Shown here piece by piece: positions 17,862 through 27,655 of a DNA stretch of 64,000 nt. The DNA is from an uncultured Verrucomicrobiota bacterium (GTDB lineage Bacteria; Verrucomicrobiota; Kiritimatiellia; JAAZAB01): NCBI GenBank assembly GCA_964486075.1, contig CAZALU010000006.1:55-64054 (forward strand), written 5' to 3'. Under the pieces are notes generated by a model that saw nothing but the letters and a program-made list of their open reading frames with translations, was not told where the DNA came from and did not search any database. How positions within the stretch are numbered: position 1 is the stretch's first letter; each line of letters opens with the position of its first letter. The position numbers were made by a program, and so were the translations under genes.

Positions 17862-18635
17862 ATGCCCTCCCCTCTAGTAGAGCTATTAACACCCAAGCAA
17901 GCCAGCCTGAAAATCGACGAGGACCTGCAAACGTTCCAGGAACGATGCGCGAAAATCGTAGCATGCGACTGCGATGTGTCGATTCCCGACAATCCACTGG
18001 GACATTTACATTTTACCGCAGCGGAAGTTCTCGACTACCTGGACGGCACCATCAATCCCGACCGCCTGCTGATTCATTTAAACACTTTTCACCGCAAAAC
18101 GGATCTGGATGCCGTTCTGGACCAAGTGGCCGGCATGGGAATTCGGCGTCTGCTATGTGTCAGCGGGGATGGCGGCCCACGGTTACCCAAGCTGGAACCA
18201 GCTGATCTTGATTTTTCCGGCAACACAATCACGGCCGTGGAACTGCTTCGCTATATCAACGCACATTACCCGGAGCGCTTTACATGCGGGGTTGCCTTTA
18301 ACCCTTACGAACCTCCGCAGCATGAGCTGGACAAGCTGCGGCGCAAAATCGACGCCGGCGCCCGCTTTATTATTACCCAACCGGTCATGGAGAATCAGGC
18401 GCAGGTCCAGGCGCTGTCCGAATATGGCCTGCCCGTGTGGATCGGCGCCTGGATGTCGAAACGTATCGATATCTTTTATCAATGTATCGGGCGGGACCCT
18501 GGCGCCGGCAGCATGGCGTTTGAGCCATACAAGACCCTCAAGCGAATCCGAACTATTTATCCAGCATTCGGGCTCTATCTTTCCATGATCAGCTTTAAAC
18601 AGGAATGGTGCAGCCTGCTGCGGGAAGTCAACTGA
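17862..18635 (+). CDS. methylenetetrahydrofolate reductase-like (MetF family) protein
   Basis: NPLGH, LCVSGDGG, AFNPYE, ARFIITQPV blocks. Confidence 0.6.
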   Translation: MPSPLVELLTPKQASLKIDEDLQTFQERCAKIVACDCDVSIPDNPLGHLHFTAAEVLDYLDGTINPDRLLIHLNTFHRKTDLDAVLDQVAGMGIRRLLCVSGDGGPRLPKLEPADLDFSGNTITAVELLRYINAHYPERFTCGVAFNPYEPPQHELDKLRRKIDAGARFIITQPVMENQAQVQALSEYGLPVWIGAWMSKRIDIFYQCIGRDPGAGSMAFEPYKTLKRIRTIYPAFGLYLSMISFKQEWCSLLREVN

Positions 18636-18782
18636 TTCACAAGGAACACGAAACATCAAACACGGGTCAAGCAACGGGCTATCGGAACATTGCCATTGAG
18701 AAGATATGCTGCATTCCGCAAGACACAGCGCTTGATGATTTCAGGCTTGCAGTAGATGCGGCAAACCGCCATAAGGCCGACA

Positions 18783-19463
18783 TCAGGCGCGGCAGGACCC
18801 ACAGTCTTGATTTTCAACGGATGACTGATCAGCGGCTTTATTGATCAGACTGACAATGGCATCAAGCGCCGGTTTGGCTTCCGGACCCGTGGCGATAAAC
18901 TCGAGGGCATCGCCCTGCCGGGCAGCCACGCACAGCAGGCCCAAGATAGATTTCACGTTCTGGTATTTCTTGCCTTGCAGAATAAAATTGTAATAATCCA
19001 TTTTCTCCCGGTTGAGATACACTTCGCAATTATACCGGCTTACCAGAACGGCCAGGGTCGATGCCGGCTTGATGTGCAATCCTCGCCGGGAACAGATGAC
19101 GACAGCAACCTGTAGAAAACCGTTACGTTCCAGAGACTCACATTCCATGCGCCAGATGTGCGCGTATTTTTCGCACCACTCCTCGGCGGCAGCGGCCTTG
19201 CCGATATCCCGGCCTTCATCCTTTGATCTAAAATATTTATGTTTTTCAATCTCCTCCCGCTGGGCCTGGGTGTCGCGGTGCAGTTTTTGCTTGAGCCAAT
19301 CCGCCCGGACATGCAGGACGAAATGCTCAATGGCCTGTTCGAGCGAAATATTCCGGCCTTGTTGGGCGGCCATCGCACGGCGGTGTTCGAGAACCGCTTT
19401 TAATTCCGCCGGTGTCAGATTGATTTCCTTGACATTCATGATATGCATGAAAGCATACGGCAA
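18783..19463 (-). CDS. two-domain protein: unknown N-terminal domain (about 115 aa) fused to C-terminal HPr-like domain (GLHIKPAS...)
   Basis: C-terminus RRGLHIKPASTLAVLVSRYNCEVYL...KSILGLLCVAARQGDALEFIATGPEAKPALDAIVSLI matches HPr incl. His15 context. Confidence 0.55.
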   Translation of the reverse strand: MPYAFMHIMNVKEINLTPAELKAVLEHRRAMAAQQGRNISLEQAIEHFVLHVRADWLKQKLHRDTQAQREEIEKHKYFRSKDEGRDIGKAAAAEEWCEKYAHIWRMECESLERNGFLQVAVVICSRRGLHIKPASTLAVLVSRYNCEVYLNREKMDYYNFILQGKKYQNVKSILGLLCVAARQGDALEFIATGPEAKPALDAIVSLINKAADQSSVENQDCGSCRA

Positions 19464-19560
19464 GCGTTATTAGCTTAGGTACCTTGACCCGCAATTGATT
19501 TGTCAAAGTACGAGATCGATCAAGCGCTGTCAATAAAAACACAAACAATAAAGCCACGCC

Positions 19561-20130
19561 ATGAAACACATCCACCTCCGCAGCCGGCAGCTGCCCTTTG
19601 CTTGGCCGGATCCACCCTTCCAAGTGGCGTTGCTGGAACCGGAAATTCCGCCCAATACCGGCAACATCGCGCGGCTCTGCGCGGCTACGGGCACACCGCT
19701 GCATCTCATCGGGCGCCTGGGGTTCCATTTGCATGATGCCGCCCTGAAACGGGCCGGGCTGGATTACTGGGATTCAGTGAGTGTGCATCGGCACTCCGGC
19801 ATGGACTCTTTTCTGCAAATCATCCCGCCGGCGCGCTGTTTTTTCTTCAGCACGCGAGGTCAAAAACCCTATCTCGACGCCGCATTCCAAGCCGGAGACA
19901 CGCTGCTGTTCGGATGCGAAAGCCGGGGCCTGCCCGATGCCCTGCTGGACGCCTATCCCGACAGCGTGCTGGGCGTCCCCATACGAACAGACCACGTCCG
20001 ATCCCTGAACCTATCGACAACCGTGGCTATCGTGCTCTACGAAGCGCTACGGCAAATCCAGCAAATCACATCAAGGATTGATTCAAAGAAACAATCGGCA
20101 GCAGAACGGCCAGGACCACCAGCAGAATAA
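19561..20130 (+). CDS. trmL: SpoU/TrmL-family tRNA 2'-O-methyltransferase
   Basis: EPEIPPNTGNIARLCAATG...LLFGCESRGLP...NLSTTVAIVLYEALRQ. Confidence 0.75.
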   Translation: MKHIHLRSRQLPFAWPDPPFQVALLEPEIPPNTGNIARLCAATGTPLHLIGRLGFHLHDAALKRAGLDYWDSVSVHRHSGMDSFLQIIPPARCFFFSTRGQKPYLDAAFQAGDTLLFGCESRGLPDALLDAYPDSVLGVPIRTDHVRSLNLSTTVAIVLYEALRQIQQITSRIDSKKQSAAERPGPPAE

Positions 20131-21277
20131 ACCCTCCGATAAGCAAGATCAGAGCCGGCTCCAGGAAAGCCAGACGTCGCAAAAGATAGCGGTCCCACTG
20201 CTGTTGAAAGCGCTTGCCGGCGTTTTCCAGCATGCGCTCCAGCGAACCGCTGGCCTCGCCGACCTGGACCCAGCCGGCCAGCGACGTCGCAAATGGCGGG
20301 ATTCGACGCAGTGCCTGAGTGAGGCTCGCACCGTGGCGCACCGCATCCGCCTCCCTGGCCGCCAGCGAACTGACCCAGGCACTGCCGGTGGCATCGCCCG
20401 CCAGGATCATGCCATCGATCAGCGGCACACCACCGCGCAACAAGAGTGACAGCGTCCGCGCAAAACGGAGACTGACCAGGAGCGTATATCCGCGCCCAAT
20501 GATCGGCAAACCAAAGCGCCGGCGGTCCAACGCGCATCCCCACGCGGCATCCCGGCGCAGGCGTCGCACGCCAAGCGCCAGCATTGCTCCCACAAGAACC
20601 AGGCAAGGAATACCCCACAGCGCCACGATATGCCCGGCACGAATCATAATCCGGGTCAGCAGGGGGATCGCGACGCGGGTCTGGTCCAGCAATAGTTGTC
20701 CGAAACGAGGCAAGGCAAAACCGAGCAAGCCAAAGGCGACAATCCCCGCCACCACCATCAGGATGGCCGGATAAATCAAGGCCGTCAGAATTTGTTCTCG
20801 CAGTCGATTTTGTTCCTCCATGAATTCGGCCAGGCGCTCCAGCATCTGGTCCAATGCCGCCGCCCGTTCCCCGGCCGCCACCAGCGCTTTTTCGTGCTGC
20901 CCGATTTCGCCGCCGGCGGCGCACAGGGCTTCAGCCAGCGAAGATCCTTCGCGAATTTTATCACGGACATTGGCCAGGAACGGCTGGAGCCCCCCCATAT
21001 CCGGAGACTGGATCAGAACATCGAGCGCGGATACCAGGGGAAACCCGGAGGACAACAACGCCGCCAGCTCCTGATAAAATCCGACTCGTTGCTCAACGGA
21101 AAATCGTTGCTTGCGCAACCAGCGATAGCCGGTCCGAGAACCGGCTGGCGCGAGCGATTCCGTCAAAACCCCGCTTTCGGCAAGTTTCTCCCGCGCCTGT
21201 TTTAGATCCGGCGCCTCGATCAAGCCCTTTTGCGCCCGTCCGGAGGCGTCATAACCCTTGTATTCGAAAGTTATCAC
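20066..21277 (-). CDS. gspF: GspF/PilC-family inner-membrane platform protein
   Basis: two GspF repeats, ITFEYKGYDASG start. Confidence 0.85.
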   Translation of the reverse strand: MITFEYKGYDASGRAQKGLIEAPDLKQAREKLAESGVLTESLAPAGSRTGYRWLRKQRFSVEQRVGFYQELAALLSSGFPLVSALDVLIQSPDMGGLQPFLANVRDKIREGSSLAEALCAAGGEIGQHEKALVAAGERAAALDQMLERLAEFMEEQNRLREQILTALIYPAILMVVAGIVAFGLLGFALPRFGQLLLDQTRVAIPLLTRIMIRAGHIVALWGIPCLVLVGAMLALGVRRLRRDAAWGCALDRRRFGLPIIGRGYTLLVSLRFARTLSLLLRGGVPLIDGMILAGDATGSAWVSSLAAREADAVRHGASLTQALRRIPPFATSLAGWVQVGEASGSLERMLENAGKRFQQQWDRYLLRRLAFLEPALILLIGGFILLVVLAVLLPIVSLNQSLM

Positions 21278-22857
21278 TCGATTTTCCCGATGGTGCGCAC
21301 GAGTTCGGAAAGGCTGGTCAGCCCTTGCTCCTGCTTGTTCAGACCGTCATCCAGCAGAGTGGTCATTCCTTTGCGTACCGCCAACTCGCAAATTCCACGG
21401 CTATCGCTGCTTGCCGTCCGGATAGCCTCCGCAAGTTCCGCGTCCACCAGCATCAGCTCGAACAAGCCCGTGCGTCCCCGGTAGCCCTCCAGGCAAGCCG
21501 GACATCCCCTCGCCTGCCAAACGGGCTTGCCCAGGAGCCGCGATGCAACCGCCGGCGGCAGCGCCGGCCAGTCGCTCCCTGTCGGCGCGTGCGCCCGGCA
21601 GACGGGACACAGGCGCCGCACCAGGCGTTGGGCCAACACCGCGCGCAAAGACGCGGCCAAAAGATAGGGTTCAATGCCCATGTCGATCAAGCGGATGACC
21701 GCGCTGGGCGCATCGTTGGTATGCAAGGTGCTGAGAACCAGGTGCCCGGTCAGCGAAGAGCGAATCGCGATTTCGGCGGTCTCCAGGTCTCGGATTTCTC
21801 CGACTAGGATGGTGTCCGGATCCTGGCGCAGGATATGACGCAACCCGGCGGCAAAGGTCAGCCCGATCTTCGGTTTCACCTGGATCTGGCCGATATCCGC
21901 AAGCTGGTATTCGATGGGATCCTCGATCGTCAGGATATTGGTTCGATTCTTGTCCAAACGCTGGAGTGCGGCATAGAGGGTCGTGGTCTTGCCGCTGCCG
22001 GTCGGACCGCAGACCAGAATCACACCGCGCGATTCCCGCACCAGCGATTCCAGGCTGGCCAGCATAAGTTCCGAAAGTCCCAGCCCGGACAGCGGCAGGA
22101 TCGTGGTGTTGCGATTGAGCAAGCGCAAAACAACCCGTTCGCCTTCCGCTACCGGAATGGTGGAAATTCGGATATCGATTTCCCGTTCCCCGATGCGGAC
22201 TCGCGCCACGCCATCCTGGGGAAGGCGTTTCTCGGAAATATCCATGCGGGCCATAACCTTCAAACGGGAGATCAGGGCCGGCTCCATGTGCTTGGGCGGC
22301 GAGGCCTGCTCGTAAAGCATGCCATCGATGCGATAGCGCACGCGCAGACGCGATTCGAACGGTTCAACATGCACATCCGACGCGCCCGCCTTGACCGCCT
22401 CCAGCAGGATCAGGTTGATCAACTGAGTTACCGGGGCATTCTCGGCGATCTGCAGCAAGTCGTCGCCACGCGCGGCAACAGCCATGGATATCTCCGGCTG
22501 TTCAAGATCTCGCAAAAAATCGCTCGGCGTTTCCCGGCGGCTGAAATAACAGCGTTCGATCGCAGCCATGACTGTTTCACGGGACGCCAGCACCGGGAGC
22601 AGCTCGCGGCCCAGCAGGAGTTCCAGGTGTTTCTGCCCGCCGATATCGGCCGGCTGGGCGGTCAGGACGGCGACCTGTCCCCGGAACCGAATGGGGATCG
22701 TCGCATGGCCACGGGCCCATTCCACCGACAGGCCGGCAACCAGGTCGGGATCGAGCATGTCGTCGGCAACGGAGGGCAGTGCTTCCAGGTGGAATTTAGC
22801 GGCCAACGCCTCTAAATCTCTGGGATCCGGGCTGGCAACAAGACCTTCATTGAGCAT
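21274..22857 (-). CDS. gspE: GspE/PilB-family secretion ATPase
   Basis: Walker A VCGPTGSGKTTTLYA; tetracysteine CPVC...CPAC; start moved to MLNEGLVA to avoid 110-nt overlap with gspD. Confidence 0.85.
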   Translation of the reverse strand: MLNEGLVASPDPRDLEALAAKFHLEALPSVADDMLDPDLVAGLSVEWARGHATIPIRFRGQVAVLTAQPADIGGQKHLELLLGRELLPVLASRETVMAAIERCYFSRRETPSDFLRDLEQPEISMAVAARGDDLLQIAENAPVTQLINLILLEAVKAGASDVHVEPFESRLRVRYRIDGMLYEQASPPKHMEPALISRLKVMARMDISEKRLPQDGVARVRIGEREIDIRISTIPVAEGERVVLRLLNRNTTILPLSGLGLSELMLASLESLVRESRGVILVCGPTGSGKTTTLYAALQRLDKNRTNILTIEDPIEYQLADIGQIQVKPKIGLTFAAGLRHILRQDPDTILVGEIRDLETAEIAIRSSLTGHLVLSTLHTNDAPSAVIRLIDMGIEPYLLAASLRAVLAQRLVRRLCPVCRAHAPTGSDWPALPPAVASRLLGKPVWQARGCPACLEGYRGRTGLFELMLVDAELAEAIRTASSDSRGICELAVRKGMTTLLDDGLNKQEQGLTSLSELVRTIGKIE

Positions 22858-24937
22858 GGCTCTTTTCTCCCGGAATGTCAGGCGCAATGGGGGCTGAATT
22901 GGTCGCGCCAATGCGGGTCTGGTCACGAATGCGGTTGGATAGCTCGGCAAGCTCATAGAGGTTCGTGGCCACGTGCGGCGTTACAAAAATCAACAGGTTC
23001 GTTCGTTCAACCGTGTCGACGTTATGCCGGAATAGCCAGCCCAGCAAAGGGATATCACCCAGTAACGGTATTTTCCGTTCATTGCTGACCGTATCTTCCC
23101 GAATCAGGCCGCTGATGATAACGGTTTGATTGTTGGGCACCGTCATCGTGGTGACCACTTCACGCTTGGCAATGGTCGGTGTAAACGGTTTGCCGCCGGT
23201 CGATTCCTGCAGAATCGCCTCGAGGCACGGATTCAGCTTCATCAAAACTTCGCCGTTCGGGTTGATGTGCGGCGTCATAGTCAGTTTAATGCCGACGTCG
23301 ATGCGATCGATATTTTCAATATAATCACGGGCCGTGCCGGCCCCGGCCGATACAGTGGATTTCAGGATCGGAATGTTCTTGCCGACGGTGACGGTAGCCT
23401 GCTGGTTGTTCTGAGTCAGGAGTGGAATATTGGAAAGGATATTGAACTTGGCGCCGGTTTTCATCGCATTCACGTTGACCAATGCCGGAAAATATGAAAC
23501 AACCTTGCCCGCCGCATCCAGGTAACTTCCCTTGGCAATGCCAAAAGTCAGTCCGTTCGGCACGATGCCATTCATGACCTGCGACGCGAGCAGGTCATCG
23601 CCTTCGGTCGTCTTCATGCCGCCAATGGCAATCGAAGATCCGTTATCAGGCGATCCGCCGGCCATAAATTCGACGCCGATGTCGCTGCCTTTGGCCATGG
23701 TCAACTCGGCAAACATAACTTCCACCAGCACCTGCTGGGGCGGAATATCCAATTGTTCCACCAGCGCCCGGACCATTTCAAAATCCTGCGGGGCGGCATC
23801 CACCAGCAGCGCATTATTGGCTATATTGGATTCGATGGAGATGGACTGGTTTTGGGGCTTGTCCACACCCTTAGCCAGCAAAGCAGTCAGACTTTTAGCG
23901 GCTTCATCGGACGAAAGATACTTCAAAAAAACAGCTTTCAAATAGCCATGGCCGGTCTGGGGTTCGATATCCATCCGTTCAATGATGCGCTTGAGATCCA
24001 GCAGTTGCGCGGCAGTGCCCGCCAAGATCAAGCTGTTGGAATGCGGGTCCGCCACGACCACGGCATCGCTGGGCATGGCCGGACTGCCGTCAACCTGCGG
24101 CAGCCGCTGCCTGAGGCGTGCCCCCGGCGATCCGTCCTGTTTCGCCGCCGCACCGGTAATAGCCTGGTTCAATTCAACGGCCAGCGCCTGGGCCGGCGCG
24201 TACTGAAGCGCCAAGACCTCTACGCCACGCGCCAGGCCAGGCTTATCGACCTGCGCGATGATTTCCTCAATCCGGCGGATATTGTCGGACGAATCCGTGA
24301 CGATCAGGTAATTGCCGGCCTCCAGCACCCCCAGTCCACCGGTCTTCCCCTGGCCCACCATGGGTTCCAGAACTCTTTTCAGGTCCGCCACCTGTAAATG
24401 AGAGATGCGGAGCACCTTGGTTACAATCCCGGCCCATGGCGTGGGCTGCCCCTCCCCCACCACCGGCGCGACCGGCATTAAACGCGGCTCCCGGGCGACA
24501 ACGTGATGGATGCCGTCCCGCTCCACAACGGCGCATCCGCCGGCCTCCAGAATGGCCAAAAAAAGAGGATAGACTTCGCTAACAGGAATCTGGGGCGGGG
24601 TCACAACCGTGATCTGGCCGTCGACGATTTTATCGATAACCAGACGACGGCCGGTCAAATCACCAACCAGTTTGACCAGGAAACGGATATCCACCTGGTC
24701 AAAGCTGAAATTGACAAAGGCCTCATTGGGGGAAGAACGCTGATCGCGGAGCGCGGATTGCGGATTGTCAGAAGCATCGCTGACCACCGGCGCGGCTAAG
24801 GCAACGGCCGGAAGCGGCGCCAGGCCAGGATCATTAGCAGCCTCTGCCGGCACCTGGCTGTCGGCAGCGATAGCTGCCCAAGCGATCAGGCATCCACTCG
24901 CCAAAACGCAACGCCCATTCATGGATACCCCCCCCAT
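22847..24937 (-). CDS. gspD: secretin (GspD/PilQ family)
   Basis: signal peptide; N-domains; C-terminal secretin block VVTTMTVPNNQTVIISGLIRED...IPLLGDIPLLGWLF. Confidence 0.85.
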   Translation of the reverse strand: MGGVSMNGRCVLASGCLIAWAAIAADSQVPAEAANDPGLAPLPAVALAAPVVSDASDNPQSALRDQRSSPNEAFVNFSFDQVDIRFLVKLVGDLTGRRLVIDKIVDGQITVVTPPQIPVSEVYPLFLAILEAGGCAVVERDGIHHVVAREPRLMPVAPVVGEGQPTPWAGIVTKVLRISHLQVADLKRVLEPMVGQGKTGGLGVLEAGNYLIVTDSSDNIRRIEEIIAQVDKPGLARGVEVLALQYAPAQALAVELNQAITGAAAKQDGSPGARLRQRLPQVDGSPAMPSDAVVVADPHSNSLILAGTAAQLLDLKRIIERMDIEPQTGHGYLKAVFLKYLSSDEAAKSLTALLAKGVDKPQNQSISIESNIANNALLVDAAPQDFEMVRALVEQLDIPPQQVLVEVMFAELTMAKGSDIGVEFMAGGSPDNGSSIAIGGMKTTEGDDLLASQVMNGIVPNGLTFGIAKGSYLDAAGKVVSYFPALVNVNAMKTGAKFNILSNIPLLTQNNQQATVTVGKNIPILKSTVSAGAGTARDYIENIDRIDVGIKLTMTPHINPNGEVLMKLNPCLEAILQESTGGKPFTPTIAKREVVTTMTVPNNQTVIISGLIREDTVSNERKIPLLGDIPLLGWLFRHNVDTVERTNLLIFVTPHVATNLYELAELSNRIRDQTRIGATNSAPIAPDIPGEKSHAQ

Positions 24938-25001
24938 TTACACGGTCAAACTCGATATAGCACATTAGTATGAGGCAGGAAAAACAAAAAAGCCAGCCTG
25001 A

Positions 25002-25775
25002 TTATCGGGCAATGCCACGTTCCGATTGCTCAACGAACGCCAGCAAATGATCGCGCTCGACACAAGCCGGAAGAGTCGCCTTGATCTGCTCCAACGCCGG
25101 CCGCACAGTGAGGTTCTGGCGATATAGGATTCTGAAAGCATGTTTAAGCATTTGCCGGATCGACTCCGAAACATTATGTCGCTGCAGCCCGACGACATTG
25201 ATCCCGTGCGGAACCGCCGGGTTGCCGTCCGCCAGCATATAGGGTGGAATGTCCTGCGTCACCTTGGAACATCCGCCAATGAAACTCATCGCGCCGATCC
25301 GGACGAACTGGTGCACTCCGCACATCCCGCCGATCCCAACGCCATCCTCCACAACCACGTGTCCGGCCAATTGGGTGGCATTGGAAATTACAACATCGTT
25401 ACCAATAATACATTGATGGGCCACATGGGAATAGGCTAGGATATGACAACGGGCCCCGACCCGGGTGATATCCCCTGCATTGGTGCCTGCATTGACGGTG
25501 ACATATTCCCGCAATGTTGTCTGATCCCCGATCTCAACCGAGGTGGCCCCGTCCTTGAATTTCAGATCCTGGGTTTGGGAGCCGACGCTGGCAAATGGAA
25601 AAACAACGCATGCCGCGCCCAGCGTTGTTTGGCCATCCAGAAACACGTGCGGCATGATGCGCGTTCGATCCCCTATTTTTAAATCGGGGCCGACAATTGA
25701 ATAAGCGCCTATTTCAACATCCACTCCCAGTTGGGCGCCGGGATCGACAATTGCTGTGGGGTGAATGGTGGTCAT
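25002..25775 (-). CDS. lpxA: UDP-N-acetylglucosamine O-acyltransferase
   Basis: IHPTAIVDPGAQLG hexapeptide repeats, LpxA length. Confidence 0.9.
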   Translation of the reverse strand: MTTIHPTAIVDPGAQLGVDVEIGAYSIVGPDLKIGDRTRIMPHVFLDGQTTLGAACVVFPFASVGSQTQDLKFKDGATSVEIGDQTTLREYVTVNAGTNAGDITRVGARCHILAYSHVAHQCIIGNDVVISNATQLAGHVVVEDGVGIGGMCGVHQFVRIGAMSFIGGCSKVTQDIPPYMLADGNPAVPHGINVVGLQRHNVSESIRQMLKHAFRILYRQNLTVRPALEQIKATLPACVERDHLLAFVEQSERGIAR

Positions 25776-26218
25776 GACACAGTTTTTTCTTCAGTAACCA
25801 TAAAGAGCAATTCGGCTTCAGCCGCCAACAGGCTGCCCACCAGTATTTTGCCCTGCAGCCTCAAAACCCTGGCGCGGGCATTGATAATTTCCACCTCGAT
25901 GCGCATCTGGTCGCCAGGGATGATCATGCGCCGGAACCTGGCCTTGTCCACGGCCATGAACAAAGGAATCAGCCCCTTTAACCCGGTCCGGCGGCTCAGC
26001 AAAACTCCTCCCACCTGGGCCATCGTTTCCAATTGGAACACCCCCGGCATGATCGGCTTGCCAGGAAAATGCCCCTGAAAAAACGGCTCGTTGAAGGTCA
26101 GGTTTTTCAACCCGACACACTTCTTGTCGTCGTCGCACTCGAGAATGCGGTCCACCATCAGCATGGGGTAACGATGGGGCACGATCCGCAGAATTTCCTG
26201 AATATCTATGGCGGGCAT
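25772..26218 (-). CDS. fabZ: 3-hydroxyacyl-ACP dehydratase FabZ
   Basis: LPHRYPMLMVDRI...FFQGHFPGKPIMPGV. Confidence 0.9.
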   Translation of the reverse strand: MPAIDIQEILRIVPHRYPMLMVDRILECDDDKKCVGLKNLTFNEPFFQGHFPGKPIMPGVFQLETMAQVGGVLLSRRTGLKGLIPLFMAVDKARFRRMIIPGDQMRIEVEIINARARVLRLQGKILVGSLLAAEAELLFMVTEEKTVS

Positions 26219-26345
26219 AGTTTACTCCTTCATCTTTCAACAATTCCGATCTGTGCTTGATCTGATTCACGGCAAACTGATTGTTTATACTATGCTTGGC
26301 CGGTTTCGCCAACTAATAATTGAACCCTGTGCCGGGGGCTCAGGG

Positions 26346-27400
26346 TTATTTCAGCTGGCTCACGGTGGCAAGGGTCACGGAATTTGGGTCACGTCTAACA
26401 TTCAATAATTGTATTGTCAGGTTATAGGCAATGGTGATTTCCCGATCGGTGGCGCGACAACGATTCATGCGCCTGACGCCCTCGCTCACGGCCCCGTAAT
26501 CCATTCTGCCGGCCGCCTGCCCCAGTTCCTTGAGAGTCATCCCACTCCTTTCACGCGCCACCGTCAACGCCAGATAGCGCCCCCAGTCGCCATGCCGCCC
26601 AGCAAACGCGGCCCAGGACTCTCCTTTGACCCGATCGACCGCCCGCACGACGTCACTAAACGAGCACCGGCGCCGCAATTCCCGCTTCCCAGGCCATTCC
26701 CGAGGGATGCTTCGGATGCCCCGCTTGATCCGTCCAATGAATACGTCTCTCCCCACCGCCAACCCGTTCCTCAACCGCCTTGCCCAACTCTCTTTATAGC
26801 CTGCGCGGACATATCCTTCCACCCCCTCCCGGTAGCGCTTCGCGCAGTCCGCCGCGTCGTTCCCGTCGGCCCGCTCAAGAATCGGCCCTGTTTTTAATCA
26901 GGCCGGCGCGCGCTCAGAGCCGGCATAAAGCCGGTAACTGCTCCAACGGTGCCCCCGCAACACCGCCAGCCGCTTGTTCGCTTCCGCCGCGCTGGCCACA
27001 CCTTTTAAGCCCAGCCCTTCCAAGTCGCAGCCGCCGAACCCGGTCATCCGCTGGAGGCTCACGACGGTTCCATGCGCGTCTTTCGCGCTGGTGAGATGCG
27101 GGTTGAACCGGGTCAGCACCCAAGGTAGGGCGAACCCTGCCATCTTCGCGGTGAGGTGCCAGCTTCGACGCGGTAACCCGGGTGAACCGTTCAGTAACGG
27201 ACGGCTCGGCAGGTCCCGATTCCCGGAGATCGGGACGGCTCCAAGAGATTGTCCGCTGACTTGTGCGCCATAACGGTAGCCACGGCGCTCTGCCGCCGTG
27301 CGTAGATTGAAGTTACTATTTCGGATATGAACCCTGCGGCCCTGCGTCTCTGCGCGAGATCATTCCTCGCCTCTCCGATCTTCAAACAAGACAAGGTTTT
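26346..27400 (-). mobile_element. decayed IS200/IS605-family (Y1/RAYT-like) transposase pseudogene with DnaA_C-like HTH tail, frameshifted
   Basis: fragments HRWSSYRLYAG (Y1 transposase C-motif) and YLALTVARERSGMTLKELGQAAGRMDYGAVSEGVRRM (DnaA domain IV-like) lie in different frames among overlapping ORFs. Confidence 0.5.
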
Positions 27401-27655
27401 TTAACCACAAAAGAACGCATAGAACACAAAATGACAAAATATGCTCTGCTGGTTTCTGGCGCCATTTGCTATGCGATCTTTGCGTTCTGTGCGGTTAAAT
27501 ATTTCGGATCTTCCGCGGAATCTGTGGGCACATCGGAAATAATTTACCACGGAAGCACGGAGAAGAGATTGCTTGTAGTTGCCTGACAATTAGCCCCCCA
27601 TAAATTGTGCTATGGAGCCAATATTTCTTAAAATTTGGGTTGCTGGCAGAGCCCA

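Noticed and set aside
17675-18205. 176-aa Arg-rich ORF overlapping the HPr fragment and the MetF-like gene start
   Set aside because: It has low-complexity, basic composition and overlaps a much better-supported frame.
22847-22956. 110-nt overlap between gspE and gspD ORFs
   Set aside because: The overlap is an artefact of the longest-ORF start. An in-frame ATG (MLNEGLVA) 7 nt after the gspD stop gives a conventional start.
20037-24400. Long antisense ORFs inside gspF/gspE/gspD (e.g. 20037-20924 -, 21835-22815 +, 23753-24397 +)
   Set aside because: These are GC-rich shadow ORFs with low-complexity Arg/Pro/Gly-rich translations lying antisense to well-supported genes.
27453-27608. 51-aa hydrophobic small ORF (MTKYALLVSGAICYAIFAFCAVKYFG...) next to the IS remnant
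   Set aside because: It could be a real small membrane protein, but there is no RBS or conservation evidence and it is too short to call.
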